From Marsupella aquatica (Eukaryota; Plantae; Marchantiophyta): DNA of 64,000 nt. Location: positions 24,479,520-24,543,519 of the forward strand of contig OZ316893.1 in NCBI GenBank assembly GCA_973895155.1, written 5' to 3'. Below, piece after piece: positions 11,691 through 23,900 of the stretch. The notes beneath the pieces are model-generated. The model was not told the DNA's origin and made no database searches. It worked only from the letters and a program-made list of their open reading frames with translations. The first letter of the stretch is position 1. Every line of letters starts with the position of its first letter. The position numbers and the translations under genes were made by a program.

Positions 11691-14600
11691 GTACTCCATA
11701 TCAAAAACAATTATAACAGATAACGATTCTGGGGATAGCGTGTTGTACGGGAATTTCATTCGTTTGTGTGGCCTAATGTCAATAATCTGTCTTGGGACCC
11801 GGACTGGGGATGGGATGGGATGGCTTGGAGAGTAAAAAACTTAGAGGAATGATCTCTCTCTCAATCCATTTTGATAGATGAGGAGACATTCACGGGCTGC
11901 CAAACGTTGACAAAGCTTGGGACCATTTACAGTATTCATGACGCCAACTCAGCCATATGAAACACTGACGAGTTGGAGCTCAAAATGGTGTACCCACGTC
12001 ATAAGCGTGCAAGGGTTGAATTTGCCCACAGGTGAAATTAATGGAGAAGGCGCCATCCATAAAGAGTAGGATCTCTGGTGACTGTACATTGCTCATCCGT
12101 AGTAATGTAGAGTTTAGACATTAATTGTCAATGAACAAACAAATGTTTTTTAATGGCAGCCGCCTTTGAGCATTATCACCTTTTAAAGCTTTGGATTGGA
12201 GAAGAAACCGTTCTTGTTATACAGTCCCCTGATTGAGGGGGCCCGTATGCCTAAAATATCTGTGAATGAAATAAATTCTGGTCTTCAAGGGAGCCAATAC
12301 TTCTTAATATGCCATCAAATCCTATAAGGGAAACGTCAAGAAATACACCTGAAAACCCTCAGTTTTTGTATTGAATTGAAAATTGAACTACCGGTAGCAG
12401 TGGCCTGTGGCCAAGTCCATTGGCAATAGAAGAGTATTATGGTTAGAGTTGAGTTTAGTTTAGTTTAAAGATTGGTGTGACGGGCTCTCCAAACCTCAAT
12501 TTTCTGTTCCCAAACTCTGTATGATTTCTCTAAAAACAACAAAAATGCATCCTTCAAATCTGATTGGTTTTAATGGGCTACATCCGAACAAGTCCAAGTT
12601 TTCTGGATGTAGCAATCTTAGGTGTCCATTTTGGGGTCTTATCTAGGCCAAAAATATATATTGTTCAGATAGAAGAAAGTGATGCTCCCATGGGCGCCTT
12701 GAACCATACAATCTTCATTCAGATCGTGACACCTTTTATACCTTCACTCATGGACACCCCTTCGCATTCCCAAAAGTCTTTTAACAACAAAAGTTTGACC
12801 TTCAGTTTCTCCCTAGCTTTCTATCCAGTGGAATTGGCTCTTTGTGGGTTCGTTAGTAGCAGCTTGGAATCATCTTTCCAAACTCTAATATCTTTAGTTT
12901 TCATGAAGTATTAAGAGAGTTATGAATTTATAGAGATCACTGCATCACTTGCTGTCCATACTTTAAGCTTCCTAATGGTTTCAGCAATTAACTTTTAAAT
13001 TCATATCCTTCAATATTCAGTGGATTCTTATTTTCTTGGGTTTGTCTATAGACAGGTTTCTTGTGATTTACAAAATGTAGAAACATTACCGCTAACTATC
13101 TTTTCTTTCCTAGAGATAGTGTTGGTAGTAGCTGCAAGAGAAAGACTCTTCTATTGGAAAGAGAAATAGGAAAATGAGTCTAACAACAAGAGACACGCTG
13201 TCTGTGTCTTTACTCGTCTTCAGTCAGCCAATCAGAGAGGGAATAGATTTTTATTTATCTTTCAACGGGAAAGGAGGAAGGGCGTTTTTCAGGTCAGTCC
13301 TCCCCAAGCTAAAGAACCTGCACTGGTTGTGCCTTCCCCAAGGTGATCCAGACCCTACATGCCATCCAATCTCTCAAAGCTCTGGATGTTAGTAGCCGCA
13401 GTGAAAAATAGAGGCCTGGTTGTGAGAGTTCTCATGTGAATGCTGGAGCAAGTGCTAGAGTTTGGATATCAAATTTGGTGAAATTATTTATATAAGAAAA
13501 ATTGCATCCCTTCAAAATGCATTTTATTTTTTATTTACCCTGAGTGCATTTTTCAGCCATTTAATAATTTATTTTATTAATTCATTCAAAGGTGTATTAT
13601 AAAAATATTTAGTTTTATTATATTTATTTTTCTTTTTTAGTTTCAACTATTCAAATAGCAATTTTCTTTCACTCAATCTAAGTTTTGTGCATTTTCGTTT
13701 TTTTGTGTATATGCATTGAAAATAATTTAAACACTTGAACAACATTAATTTGAAAATAACGTAAATAGGAATTTTCCTAGAATTTTATTCCATGGTCCCT
13801 ATTCCTCCCCATGGAGTGCGTAAAGTAATTAGCAAGTTTGCACAGGAATTTATGCCACATGGGAGCTGAAGTGTTTTAAATGGAACTAAGAGTCATGAAT
13901 CTTTGCTCCACTAAAAAAAAAGACAAAAGTTATCAATTTTGGGACCAAAAATGAATATGTTTTTTGAATGGTCTGCCCTCACTCCCCTTAGGAATTTGTG
14001 TAGATTTGTTTAATGTTCTTCTTGTTAATTATGATAGGATAGGAAGGATTCTTATTCACCTGCCATTGGGGGCGCTTTCTTCTCTTGCAAGCTGTTTCAC
14101 CACTCTGTGGTTGTTGAGAGCTGTTTCGATTGTGGTGTTGCCTTCAAGGACTAGGGTGGCTTTAGAAGAAGTTTGGATCCAGCCAAAGTTTGCAAATGTT
14201 TCTACCATCTTTGGAGGTGGTCTTTGACCAAAGACAACAAGTGAACATCAACACACACTTGAGCTGCCTATTGCCATGTAGGATTGGTAGATAGTATAGT
14301 TACCTGAATGGACCCTAGTTCTTGAAAAGCCAACTGCAGCCGTTTGCTCACAAAAGACTGAACTCATGTATGTTTGATAATACATATCAAACATAGATAT
14401 CTAGGTGCATGAGCACCTAGCTAGGGGGTCACTAAGTTGGGTCCTCTTATTGACCCAAAACCCCCATGGACCACATTTCTCAAAATCAGAGCTTAATTGT
14501 AATAACGTGGTGTTTCTTAAATTCTAATATTTTTTGGATTTTCCATGAAACCACCGGAGCACTGTGTCTAACCTGGAGGTCCAACCAAGCTTCACTTTCG

Positions 14601-17600
14601 AAAAACTTTAAAATCTCTCTGGTAGGGAAGAATTGAAATGGCCACCCACGAATGACTTTTTCACTGTTACCAAGTTACCACTACGGTACCGTAGCTACAG
14701 AAGCCTGTACTTGCTCAAACAGTATCACTGAACTCCCTGGACGTTCTGAAGACACAGATTCATTTTCAGCAGCTTCCCGGATGGAGACCAGCATGTGGCA
14801 ACGGCAGACCTACTGTCCTCTTTTGTCCTGTACTTTCACTGTACTGCTCTCCAGCCATCCAGGACGGTACGGCGCCCCCTACCAATGGGGGCGCAGAAAA
14901 GCCTGGATGATCTGACCGTCCAGCGCCACGTACGATCTGTACCCTCGAAATGCATATGGTATGGTGGTTTTGGTCAATATATCCCGCATAGTGAGGAGTC
15001 GTTTAATCTCGGCCTTCCATTTTCGTGACGAACGGCCCAGCCTTTCCCTTTGTAAATGCACAGTCTGTACACTGGGAGTATGTTTGTTCGCTGCCTCGGA
15101 ATACATCAGGGACGGTAGTTTTTGGTAAATGTTTCGATGGGTTTGAGCGAAACACACCGAAACAACCCACAATTTAACAATTTGCGCATATTTTGTCATT
15201 AGATGGGACACAATGTAGCAAAATGTGACAACATTTGCTAAATTACATATGTTATGGAAGGCCCTTGCCCAAGATGTGTAGTGGAAAATTGGTTCATCGA
15301 TCAGCCTATTAAGACACTCAAGATTTATTTGAGGAGTCCTTTTGTATCTTGGTTCCAAATGAAATATGGCTTGTAAGGGTTAAGGAGGATTACCCATCAT
15401 AGACTTAATGCAAAATATATTTGTTTTGAATTATTCTGTGAGGGAGTGTGGGAGACTCGGAGTCTTCTCTTTTGTCATAGGTGCTAGTAAAGTCAAGAAT
15501 TCAACTAAATTTCTTGATTATTCTTTTCTATTTGGTCATGAAATGTTGCGCTTTTCATTCTGTTATTATTCACATTTGAAAGTTCTTTCCTTCACTTTAA
15601 CTTTAAAAGTAGCTTAGTTAGGGTTCCCGCTCATTGCCATCTATTTTCTTACTATTCGCTCTCTTATGAAATCACATTTTCTACTTTTCAGCTAAAAACG
15701 TTGATGTTTGTGTCTTTTCATTCTAACTCTAATTTTTTCCTGTCTTTGGCTCACTCCAAGAATATTAAAAACCAGATCCGTTTTTTTGGCAATATTTTGT
15801 AATTGTGCGAAGTCAGATGGCAGTACGGTATTTCCTTGTGTATTGATTGTAGTTGTATTATTCATGACTACACTTACTTTGGGATATAGGCTGGAGTTTT
15901 GGGATCTCATCACTGTTGACTTCACTTTGTTCAATCCATAACATTTGAAATAGTATTTGTGAATTTCATGATGAATCCAGCACCTTCTCAAATGTTGGTT
16001 TTATGGGAGCTATGCTTTTGCAAGATGTTGATTACATTATACAATGTCATATATGATTAACCTTATCTTAACTAAGTTTTTAATTGTGATTAATTTAATT
16101 ATTGTAATCTATGAATCACAAGACTAAGAGCAATCCTAAACACTTCCAGCTTCCTTGGCTCATCACCCTACTACTCTTCTCTTTGGCTTACAACCAAGAA
16201 ATACAATCTTCCTTCTTCGTTTCCTTGCCCTTCTTTGGGCTATCTCATCTTTAAAGATCAACAAATTATTTCTTTTCTAACATATATAGTTTAGGGACAT
16301 CTGTGCAGTTATCCAGGTATGGAGGGTGCTGCACTTCAATTGACAACGCTCCTTTTCTATAAAATCCTTGCACTTATCCTTACATTGCAAACATCAAGAT
16401 TTCACTTAAAATGTCTTTGTTTAAGGTAATGGCAGGGAATGTGTAAATTACACTAATGTGAGCTCAAAAGCCAGAAACTGAGGCTCCCACACAACCTTTT
16501 GACCAAGTGTTACTTTGAATAGACTATTGAAATCCATGGATTGTTTGAAAGATATTTCCTACTGAAATGAGTGTTGATTATTTTGTGTGGCAAAAAATGC
16601 ATTTTCTTTGGGAGTCCTCGCGTCAAGGATGTGCTTTATAGCATTACCTGCATATAAGAGTAGAGGCAATTCTTTCTTCCCTTCTCTAGTAAAGGGGAGG
16701 TGGGCTGGTTAGCCAGTAAATGGCCAACAAGTGAAGCACATTATCTCTTTAGCCAAAGTTGATGCTTGGATGGACTACAACATTTGATCCCAGGGTTCCC
16801 AAGGGCCAAACAGTTTTTAATACCTCCAAAGCGATTAAAGGAGAACGCTACTTTTTTATCAACAGTTTTTGGTCATCCATCTCCCATTTGAATGTAAAAA
16901 AAGGTGTTGTCTCAGTAAAAAATTACATTTAAAACAGTCCCTCAAGTTTCGGTAGTATCTGTGAGCATCTTGTCAAACATTGCACTCTTAAGGAGAAGTG
17001 TAGCAAAGCCAGTAAGTGTTGTGATATACAATTTACTGTGGTAAGTGCAGGCTCCCTGGAAGACACCCCTAGCCTGCGCTTATCCACCCTTATGCACTTG
17101 ACAGATATCATTAATGCACTTCTCCACATTTACATGCTGCACTATCAATAAGTGCATATGAAATGACTTCTGCACTTTCTCATAGGTGTCCTCAGGTCTC
17201 ACACATTGGACACCTCACAACCTTAAACCCTCACACTGCACAATTCAACTGGATAAGTGCATGAAATTATTGTATGTAGTTAAACATTGCACTCATCAAT
17301 AAACGCTTCTAGCATATGCTTTGAGCACTGATATAGATGGAAATGCATTTATGTATATATCATGCTGAAACGCAGACTTGCACTTACAGATCGGTGCATT
17401 TTTTGGACATTTACAAAGGAGCACTCTAATATCAGGGGACTACGAAAACCATCCTGCACTAACCCACTGAATGCACTTAGACATGGTGTGCACGGTAAAC
17501 GGAACGTCTATTGGTCTGACTTTTTCGTGTTGAGTAAAGATTTCTTTCCAGGTCAAGATGAGGAGACACCGAGAGAGGGACGGATGGAAGGGGAAGGTGC

Positions 17601-18427
17601 AAGAGTAGACAAGACAATCATCACAATAAATTTGGCAATCTTTTTGCTCTGACTTTTTCCCAGCCCAGTAAAGATGTCTTTCAAGGTCAATAAAGAGAGA
17701 GCGAGAGTGAACAGGGGGGGCTAGTGGAAAAGTGGAGAGGAGGAGACAAGACATGACAATCCAGCGACAAAAAGCAAGCAAGCAAGCAAATCAACGTAGG
17801 TGCAAGGACAAATGGACAGCACGCAGTAAAGGCAGTCTGATTCCATCCCACTTGCGTTGAAAATGTTGTACCCAAAAGGAGAGAAGGGATGGAGGACTAG
17901 ACTACTACTACTACTACAACAACAGCAACAGCAGTGCAGTTGGGAGAGGGGCACAATGCGCACTTGGCGGGTCAAAGGGCATGTTGCATCATCGAGCAGC
18001 TGCGCTGCATGATTGTGTGGATTAATTTTAGTCTCCCTTGGGACCCGGAGGATGTGGGGAGGCTGCTGATGAGTACAGTACTTGTCCTTTTTCTGTTTAT
18101 TCCGGAGACTGCTCTTTCTACTGCTACTGTGCTAATCTACTACTGTAGAACTGATGACCTGCCTTTGGGCCTTTGGAAGGGAAGAGAGGCAGGAGAGTTG
18201 GAGAGGAGAGGAGAGGAGAGGAGCACCTACGGGACGGATCTAGTGTAGGAGCTGGGGTTTCGCCTTCCATGCAGCTCTGTCTAGCTCCGTGTAGGGATTA
18301 GGATTTTGTTTGCTTGGGCAATGGAGGTGGGACTCTACAGTAGAGCATCAAGTGGTAAACATTGTACGAGACGGTGGATCGCTTTTCACCAGCTCGTGAA
18401 TTTCTTCTTCGGGAAGACTGTTGAGGT

Positions 18428-18462
18428 GTGAGGTGAGGTGAGGTGAGGTGAGGTGAGGTGAG
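18428..18462 (+). repeat. (GTGAG)7 microsatellite in the putative leader of the LRR-RLK
   Basis: Seven perfect copies read directly. Confidence 0.95.
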
Positions 18463-19431
18463 GAGATGCTAAAGACTTTTTAAGAAGCGTGAGAGAGATT
18501 GCAGCTTGCTACTACTACTCACACACAGGAAGGAAGTGCCTAGTGAGTACTGATTGACCAGAACGAGGGACTTGCCATGGGAGGGGTCAGTGTGGTGGTG
18601 TGGGAGATTGTACAGCTCTGACTCTCAGCATCATTCTGCCTTGGAGGTGGAGGTTTAATGTGAAGAGAGGAGACACTAGCAGTACGACGAGCTCCGATAG
18701 ATTTCCTGGATGGGTGTTCGCATTGCCTGTGTAGAGCAACGGTGATCATTGTGCAAAGATTGGATTTTGTTCAGGTTCAGTCAAGATGGGGGACTTTGAG
18801 ATGTCGGACGGAGGATGACAGGAAGTGTTGTTGGGTCGACAGTTTTAGGCCCAAATTCTTCTAGTTCCTCGAGACTCTGAGGTTTCATGTCTAGCAGCTT
18901 TGCCGGTTGGAATCCTTGACGGCGATTTGGCGACAGGAGTAGTCGTCAGCTACGATCCAAGCTCCACCTCTGGCTCGCTCGGCGATAGGAGGTTGCAGTG
19001 ACTCTTCTGATTCACATGGGTGGGTGCAATCAATCGCAGGTGATATGGAGACGGATGTATCCACAGGGACTTTTGTAAACATTATGAAGTTTTCCGCAAA
19101 TTCCGGTGTATGGGGGAGAAAGTGGAGGCCAGGTGTATGCTGTAAGGCGGGTGGAGAGGCCCGTTCCGTGAGTATTTTTGCGAAACGGTGAAGCGTATGG
19201 AAAGATGCGCCCTTTTGGGATGACACGGGAGACGGTGGGCACGCTCCTAACTGTGGTCCTTGTGCTTTTGTGTTGATAGATTCTTGTGGGGTTGGAAGGG
19301 AACATTAGTGTCTTTTAGAACTGGAGGGTAGGGAATGCTTTCCCTGGACTGCCTGGATTGGTCGTTTCTCATGGTTCAGGACGGGAAGTGACCATCCAGT
19401 GAAGGATTGGAAGGTATTACCGAAACGAAAG

Positions 19432-22400
19432 ATGCACGATGGATCCAGACGGGCTGTCCTTGTCCAAGTTACCCTTGTCATTGTATTGTTGCTTTCGATC
19501 TTTGGAGCGTCCAGCCAGTTGGGATCCAACGTAGCAACCGCCATCCCCTCCCCGGGAAGCCTGGGATGCTATCTAGACGACCGATGCACTCTGCTGACCT
19601 TCAAGAAGGGGCTGTTGAAAGAGGGTGAACCCACATTGGCGAGCTGGAATAGTGCGGATGTGAGTCAGTGGAAAGGAGTGTCGTGGAAAACAGCGGCGGA
19701 TGGAACTTCTTATGCTGAGAAGTTGGAGCTCGGGGACTTGAAGCTCAATGGGACAGGCATTGCTCCTCTTCTGCAAAACGGCCTTACCTATCTGACCACT
19801 CTCAACATATCTGGCAATTTTATCTCAGCTACACTGCCAGACCCTTTGAGGATATGCCCTGCGCTACTTGTTCTCGATATCAGCAACAACAGCTTCGTTG
19901 GCAGACTTCCTCAGCTTCTCAGCTGCGATGACACGGTTAACGGCTCTGCTCCTCTTAATCAGGTTGCATTCGCTTCCACTAATTTGCGAGTGCTCAACAT
20001 CAGCAGGAATAACTTTTCGGGTGAGGTTCCCGGCTCTCTTTTTTCATCTCTTTTTTCTGGAGCAGGAGGTGGCAGCTTGGGCAATCTGACTTCTCTCGTG
20101 TTGGAGCATAACTCTTTGGAAGGGAGCTTTCCTTCCTCTATCGGCAATTGTACTGACCTGGTGGAGTTGAAGCTTTCGTTCAACAAGTTTTCAGGGCCCT
20201 TTCCCTTTGATGCCCTTCAAAAGCTTCAAAAACTCGAAATTGTGGAGGCTACGATGAACACCATCACGGGCGATATACAAATCCCAAATGATGGCAGAAG
20301 CTTTGGGCAGCTGAAATCTCTCAGTCTGAGCTACAATTCTCTTACCGGAAACATACCTGAGAGTCTTGGTAATTCTTCGAATCTGGAAACTCTCGAGCTC
20401 AAGTACAACAACCTCTCGGGTGCCATTCCGAAAACTCTGGGAAAGTTGTCCAAGCTGAAGATTTTGAGCCTCCAAAGGAACAATTTGAACGGGAGCATTC
20501 CGGAAGAGTTCTCCCAGCTGAGTAACTTGGCGAGCTTGAGCTTGAATCACAATAAGCTTAGAGGATCTCTCTCGCCTAATCTCAGCAACTGCACTAATCT
20601 TAAAAGCATCTGGTTGAATGAAAACTCTCTCTCTGGTGTTATTCCTCCTCAGTTGGGGAATCTCCCCAACCTCGTGGTGCTTTCTTTGTACGGCAATTAT
20701 TTCAATCAAAGTATCCCTAAAGAGCTGGGTCGATTGAGGACCCTAGTAGCTTTTGATCTCAGCTACAACAATTTGGATGGGAATATTCCGGATGAGCTCT
20801 GCGAGCTGTTCCAATTGCAGGTACTGCTCCTGGACTACAATCGTCTCACGGGTTTGATTCCCAACTGTTTTGGGAACTACACCTACATCCGACTTTTGGA
20901 CTTGTCAAACAATTTACTGACTGGTTATTTCCCTAATGATCTCAGTAACCTCTCGATGAATGTGCAGTCATTGGCTAAAGCTCCGGCTGAGCTTAGCTCT
21001 GCCACTTACATCCAGGAACTCAATGGTCAAGATCTTGTCTTTCAGTTCAGCCAGTCACCCATTTCCTACTACTTCTTCAATAACTTTCTCTCTGGACAAA
21101 TTCCATCAACTTTGGGTGGCATTCAAAACGTGCAGCAGTTGAGGCTTGAGAACAACAGTCTCTCTGGTTCTATTCCTGCGGCCCTTGGGAATGCATCTTC
21201 TCTCCTTGTATTGGATCTCTCTTATAATAATCTTAGCGGCGTTATTCCCCCCAGTCTTACCGGACTCCATTTTTTGTCTGAGCTGAATTTCTCTTACAAC
21301 AATCTGTCTGGGCAAATTCCGCAAGCCTCTCAGTTTCTGACCTTCAGCAAGTCTTCCTTCGTTGGAAACCCATATTTGTGTGGATTTCCTCTGGTGCAGT
21401 GTTCTCCCCCTGGTTCCCCAACTTCCGGTTCACAGGAAAGTTACGGTCGATCCATGGCCAAGAAATTACTGCCCCTGTACATCACGCTGGGGAGTGCATT
21501 TTTATGTGTATGCTTTCTAGGGGCCCTGGTTGCCTGGAGCTGGATGAGGGGATCTTCACGGAGGAACAGTTCCCTGGTTTCCAATGACGGTGATATTTAT
21601 GAGAACAAGGATGATCTACAGTACTATCAGGTGACCATTTCTAGTGTGCTGCCAGCCCTCCATCCGAAGGATCTGATACTGGCCACGGAGAACTATAACG
21701 AGAACAACATTATTGGAGATGGAGGATTTGGCTTAGTGTACAAAGCTGTGCTATGCTGTGGCTCGGTAGTGGCTGTGAAGAAGCTCCTGGAGGATGGTGC
21801 ACAAGGGCAGAATGAGTTTCTGGCCGAAATGCGGACCTTAGGGAAGATAAAGCACAAGAATCTTGTCACCTTGCTGGGTTACTGTGCATATGGCAAGGAG
21901 AGGATACTTGTGTATGAGTACATGAAGAATGGGAGTCTGGACACCTGGCTCCATTGTCGAGATGACGGGATGGCAAGTTTAGACTGGAGAACACGGTTGA
22001 AGGTGGCTAGGGGAGCTGCGGAGGGGCTGGCGTTTTTGCACCATGATTCTGATCCGACCATCATACATCGTGACATCAAGGCCAGCAACATCCTCCTTGA
22101 CTGCAATTTTGAAGCTCGATTGGCAGATTTCGGGCTAGCCAGGTCTACTAGAGCTTTTGAGAGTCACGTGAGCACTGACTTCGCAGGGACAGCAGGGTAC
22201 ATTCCCCCAGAATATAGCCAAGCGACAGCAGCAACCACGAAAGGTGACGTGTATAGTTTTGGTGTAGTTCTTCTAGAGATCCTTACTGGCAGACGACCTA
22301 CAGATCCTTTCTTCAAGAAGAACGAAATGTCTCATGTGGCTACCTGGATTTTAGATATTTCCTTGGAGTCTATCGAGAAGTCGTTCGATATGACTTCCGC

Positions 22401-22590
22401 AGCTTCAACTGATGAAATGTTGGAGATGATGAGAATTGCCCGCCTCTGTTGTCAGGATGTTCCTTCCAAGAGACCCAGTATGGGTGACGTAGTGATGATG
22501 TTGGATGCTCTTGAGAGGCAGCAGAGTCCTTCGAGGAGCCCGAGTGTTGTACTATATGATGATGCCATGTCCTCGCCAAGGTGTCGTTAG
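19432..22590 (+). CDS. Intronless LRR receptor-like kinase, LRR-X group (PSKR/EMS1/BRI1-related), ~1052 aa
   Basis: Hydrophobic signal segment, LRR N-cap (LLTFKKGL..LASW...W.GV), >20 LxxLxLxxNxLsGxIP repeats, island at 20953-21060, C-cap GNPYLCG, TM helix. RD kinase with IGDGGFG, VAVKKL, HRDIKASN, DFGLAR, GTAGYIPPEY, GDVYSFGV. First in-frame ATG is 19432; the track start at 19399 is GTG. Confidence 0.95.
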   Translation: MHDGSRRAVLVQVTLVIVLLLSIFGASSQLGSNVATAIPSPGSLGCYLDDRCTLLTFKKGLLKEGEPTLASWNSADVSQWKGVSWKTAADGTSYAEKLELGDLKLNGTGIAPLLQNGLTYLTTLNISGNFISATLPDPLRICPALLVLDISNNSFVGRLPQLLSCDDTVNGSAPLNQVAFASTNLRVLNISRNNFSGEVPGSLFSSLFSGAGGGSLGNLTSLVLEHNSLEGSFPSSIGNCTDLVELKLSFNKFSGPFPFDALQKLQKLEIVEATMNTITGDIQIPNDGRSFGQLKSLSLSYNSLTGNIPESLGNSSNLETLELKYNNLSGAIPKTLGKLSKLKILSLQRNNLNGSIPEEFSQLSNLASLSLNHNKLRGSLSPNLSNCTNLKSIWLNENSLSGVIPPQLGNLPNLVVLSLYGNYFNQSIPKELGRLRTLVAFDLSYNNLDGNIPDELCELFQLQVLLLDYNRLTGLIPNCFGNYTYIRLLDLSNNLLTGYFPNDLSNLSMNVQSLAKAPAELSSATYIQELNGQDLVFQFSQSPISYYFFNNFLSGQIPSTLGGIQNVQQLRLENNSLSGSIPAALGNASSLLVLDLSYNNLSGVIPPSLTGLHFLSELNFSYNNLSGQIPQASQFLTFSKSSFVGNPYLCGFPLVQCSPPGSPTSGSQESYGRSMAKKLLPLYITLGSAFLCVCFLGALVAWSWMRGSSRRNSSLVSNDGDIYENKDDLQYYQVTISSVLPALHPKDLILATENYNENNIIGDGGFGLVYKAVLCCGSVVAVKKLLEDGAQGQNEFLAEMRTLGKIKHKNLVTLLGYCAYGKERILVYEYMKNGSLDTWLHCRDDGMASLDWRTRLKVARGAAEGLAFLHHDSDPTIIHRDIKASNILLDCNFEARLADFGLARSTRAFESHVSTDFAGTAGYIPPEYSQATAATTKGDVYSFGVVLLEILTGRRPTDPFFKKNEMSHVATWILDISLESIEKSFDMTSAASTDEMLEMMRIARLCCQDVPSKRPSMGDVVMMLDALERQQSPSRSPSVVLYDDAMSSPRCR

Positions 22591-23715
22591 CAGGCAGTGT
22601 AGTTGAGGATATATTTATACATGAACTAATCTTTTCAAAGATTTAGTTGAATTCTTTATAGTGGTACTTTTTCACGCACGTTTCTGATGTCTTCTCTGAG
22701 TGTCTTCCTCCCTTTTGTCCCATGTATGTTCAATGTGACACCTAGCTATTGTTTTTTCGGGGAGACCTTACCCTCCCTGTTGGATAGGAAGCATGGGACA
22801 GGGATTCACTTGCATGCGACAGGGATTTCTCAATTGTAGGTTGTTGCTCTTGTGTCCAACTCGTCCTCGTACGAGACTTTCTCTCTGGATCCCTCTGTTT
22901 TGTCCTGTATATCCTCATCTAATGATCTGTAGGTGCTCTGTCTTCTGTTGTCATGAATTCCTTCCGCAGCGTCGCATGTGAAATTTTAGCCGGAACTCCT
23001 ACATGTTCAGGTTGGCCGCAAGGTTTGATCGTTGTTTATCTTATTAGCAAGAAATGTCCTTGGAAAGGTACTCCCTACGGTTAAGTTGGAATTCCTCTCA
23101 ACCAGGTGTCCATGAGGATTTCTTTATTTCAGGGAGGAAATCGTGTACTCTGTGCTGTCTTCCTGAGTTCGGACATTACGGTTTTTCATTTGGTGGTAAG
23201 CAGGGTCGCCACTCTCTGGATTGTGACGTGGGTGCTGTCTCAGGTTGCAAATGGGATACGCTCTTTGTTTCGGAACCGATAAAAGAGGCAAATTGTCATC
23301 CAGTGGTGAATTTTCCTTCACTATGACAGTGTTTAATCACAAGGTACTATCCTGAGTGATTAATCTGGGTAATCCGTATTGAAACATGTCACGTATGTTA
23401 TGAAAAATGAGCAAACCAACCAAGAGAATCAGAGTAGCTAGTTATCATCGCTAGCAGCTTGTGTTCGCTAATGCTTTTCGAAAAGGGCTACATCAACTCA
23501 GAAAATAAGCCCTCACTCGCTAAATGTACAGACTAAGAATAGATATGCTTTCCACCATGAACTTACTGATAAATTTATTCCGAGTCCTTACTAACCAAAA
23601 CAATTGCCCTTGACGGAAATGAAATTGAATACTTTCGATTACAAATGCTTTACAGAAAAGTTTGAATGGTTGCCACCTACTTACTGTAGTTGAACCTCAT
23701 AAATGGGAAATTTCC

Positions 23716-23900
23716 GACATCTTGAGATGCGGAGCAAGTCATCCTCGATCACCACTCCTAAGAGCATCTTGAGCAAGTCGTTCTCGATCACCGAGGTCAG
23801 AAGAGCATCTTGAGATGCACTACAAGTCATTCTTGATCACCGAGTTCATAAGAGCATCTTTAGATGCACTACTAGTCATTCCCGATCAAGCAGTTCATCT
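23716..23900. repeat. ~40-48-bp minisatellite, about 4 copies
   Basis: Repeated (aagag)catcttgagatgc...aagtcattctcgatcaccg units. Confidence 0.85.

Noticed and set aside
19399-19431. ORF-track start of the RLK
   Set aside because: It is a GTG codon; ATG 19432 precedes the signal segment.
20191-20709. 172-aa antisense ORF inside the RLK and other antisense ORFs in coding genes
   Set aside because: Shadow frames of real CDSs.
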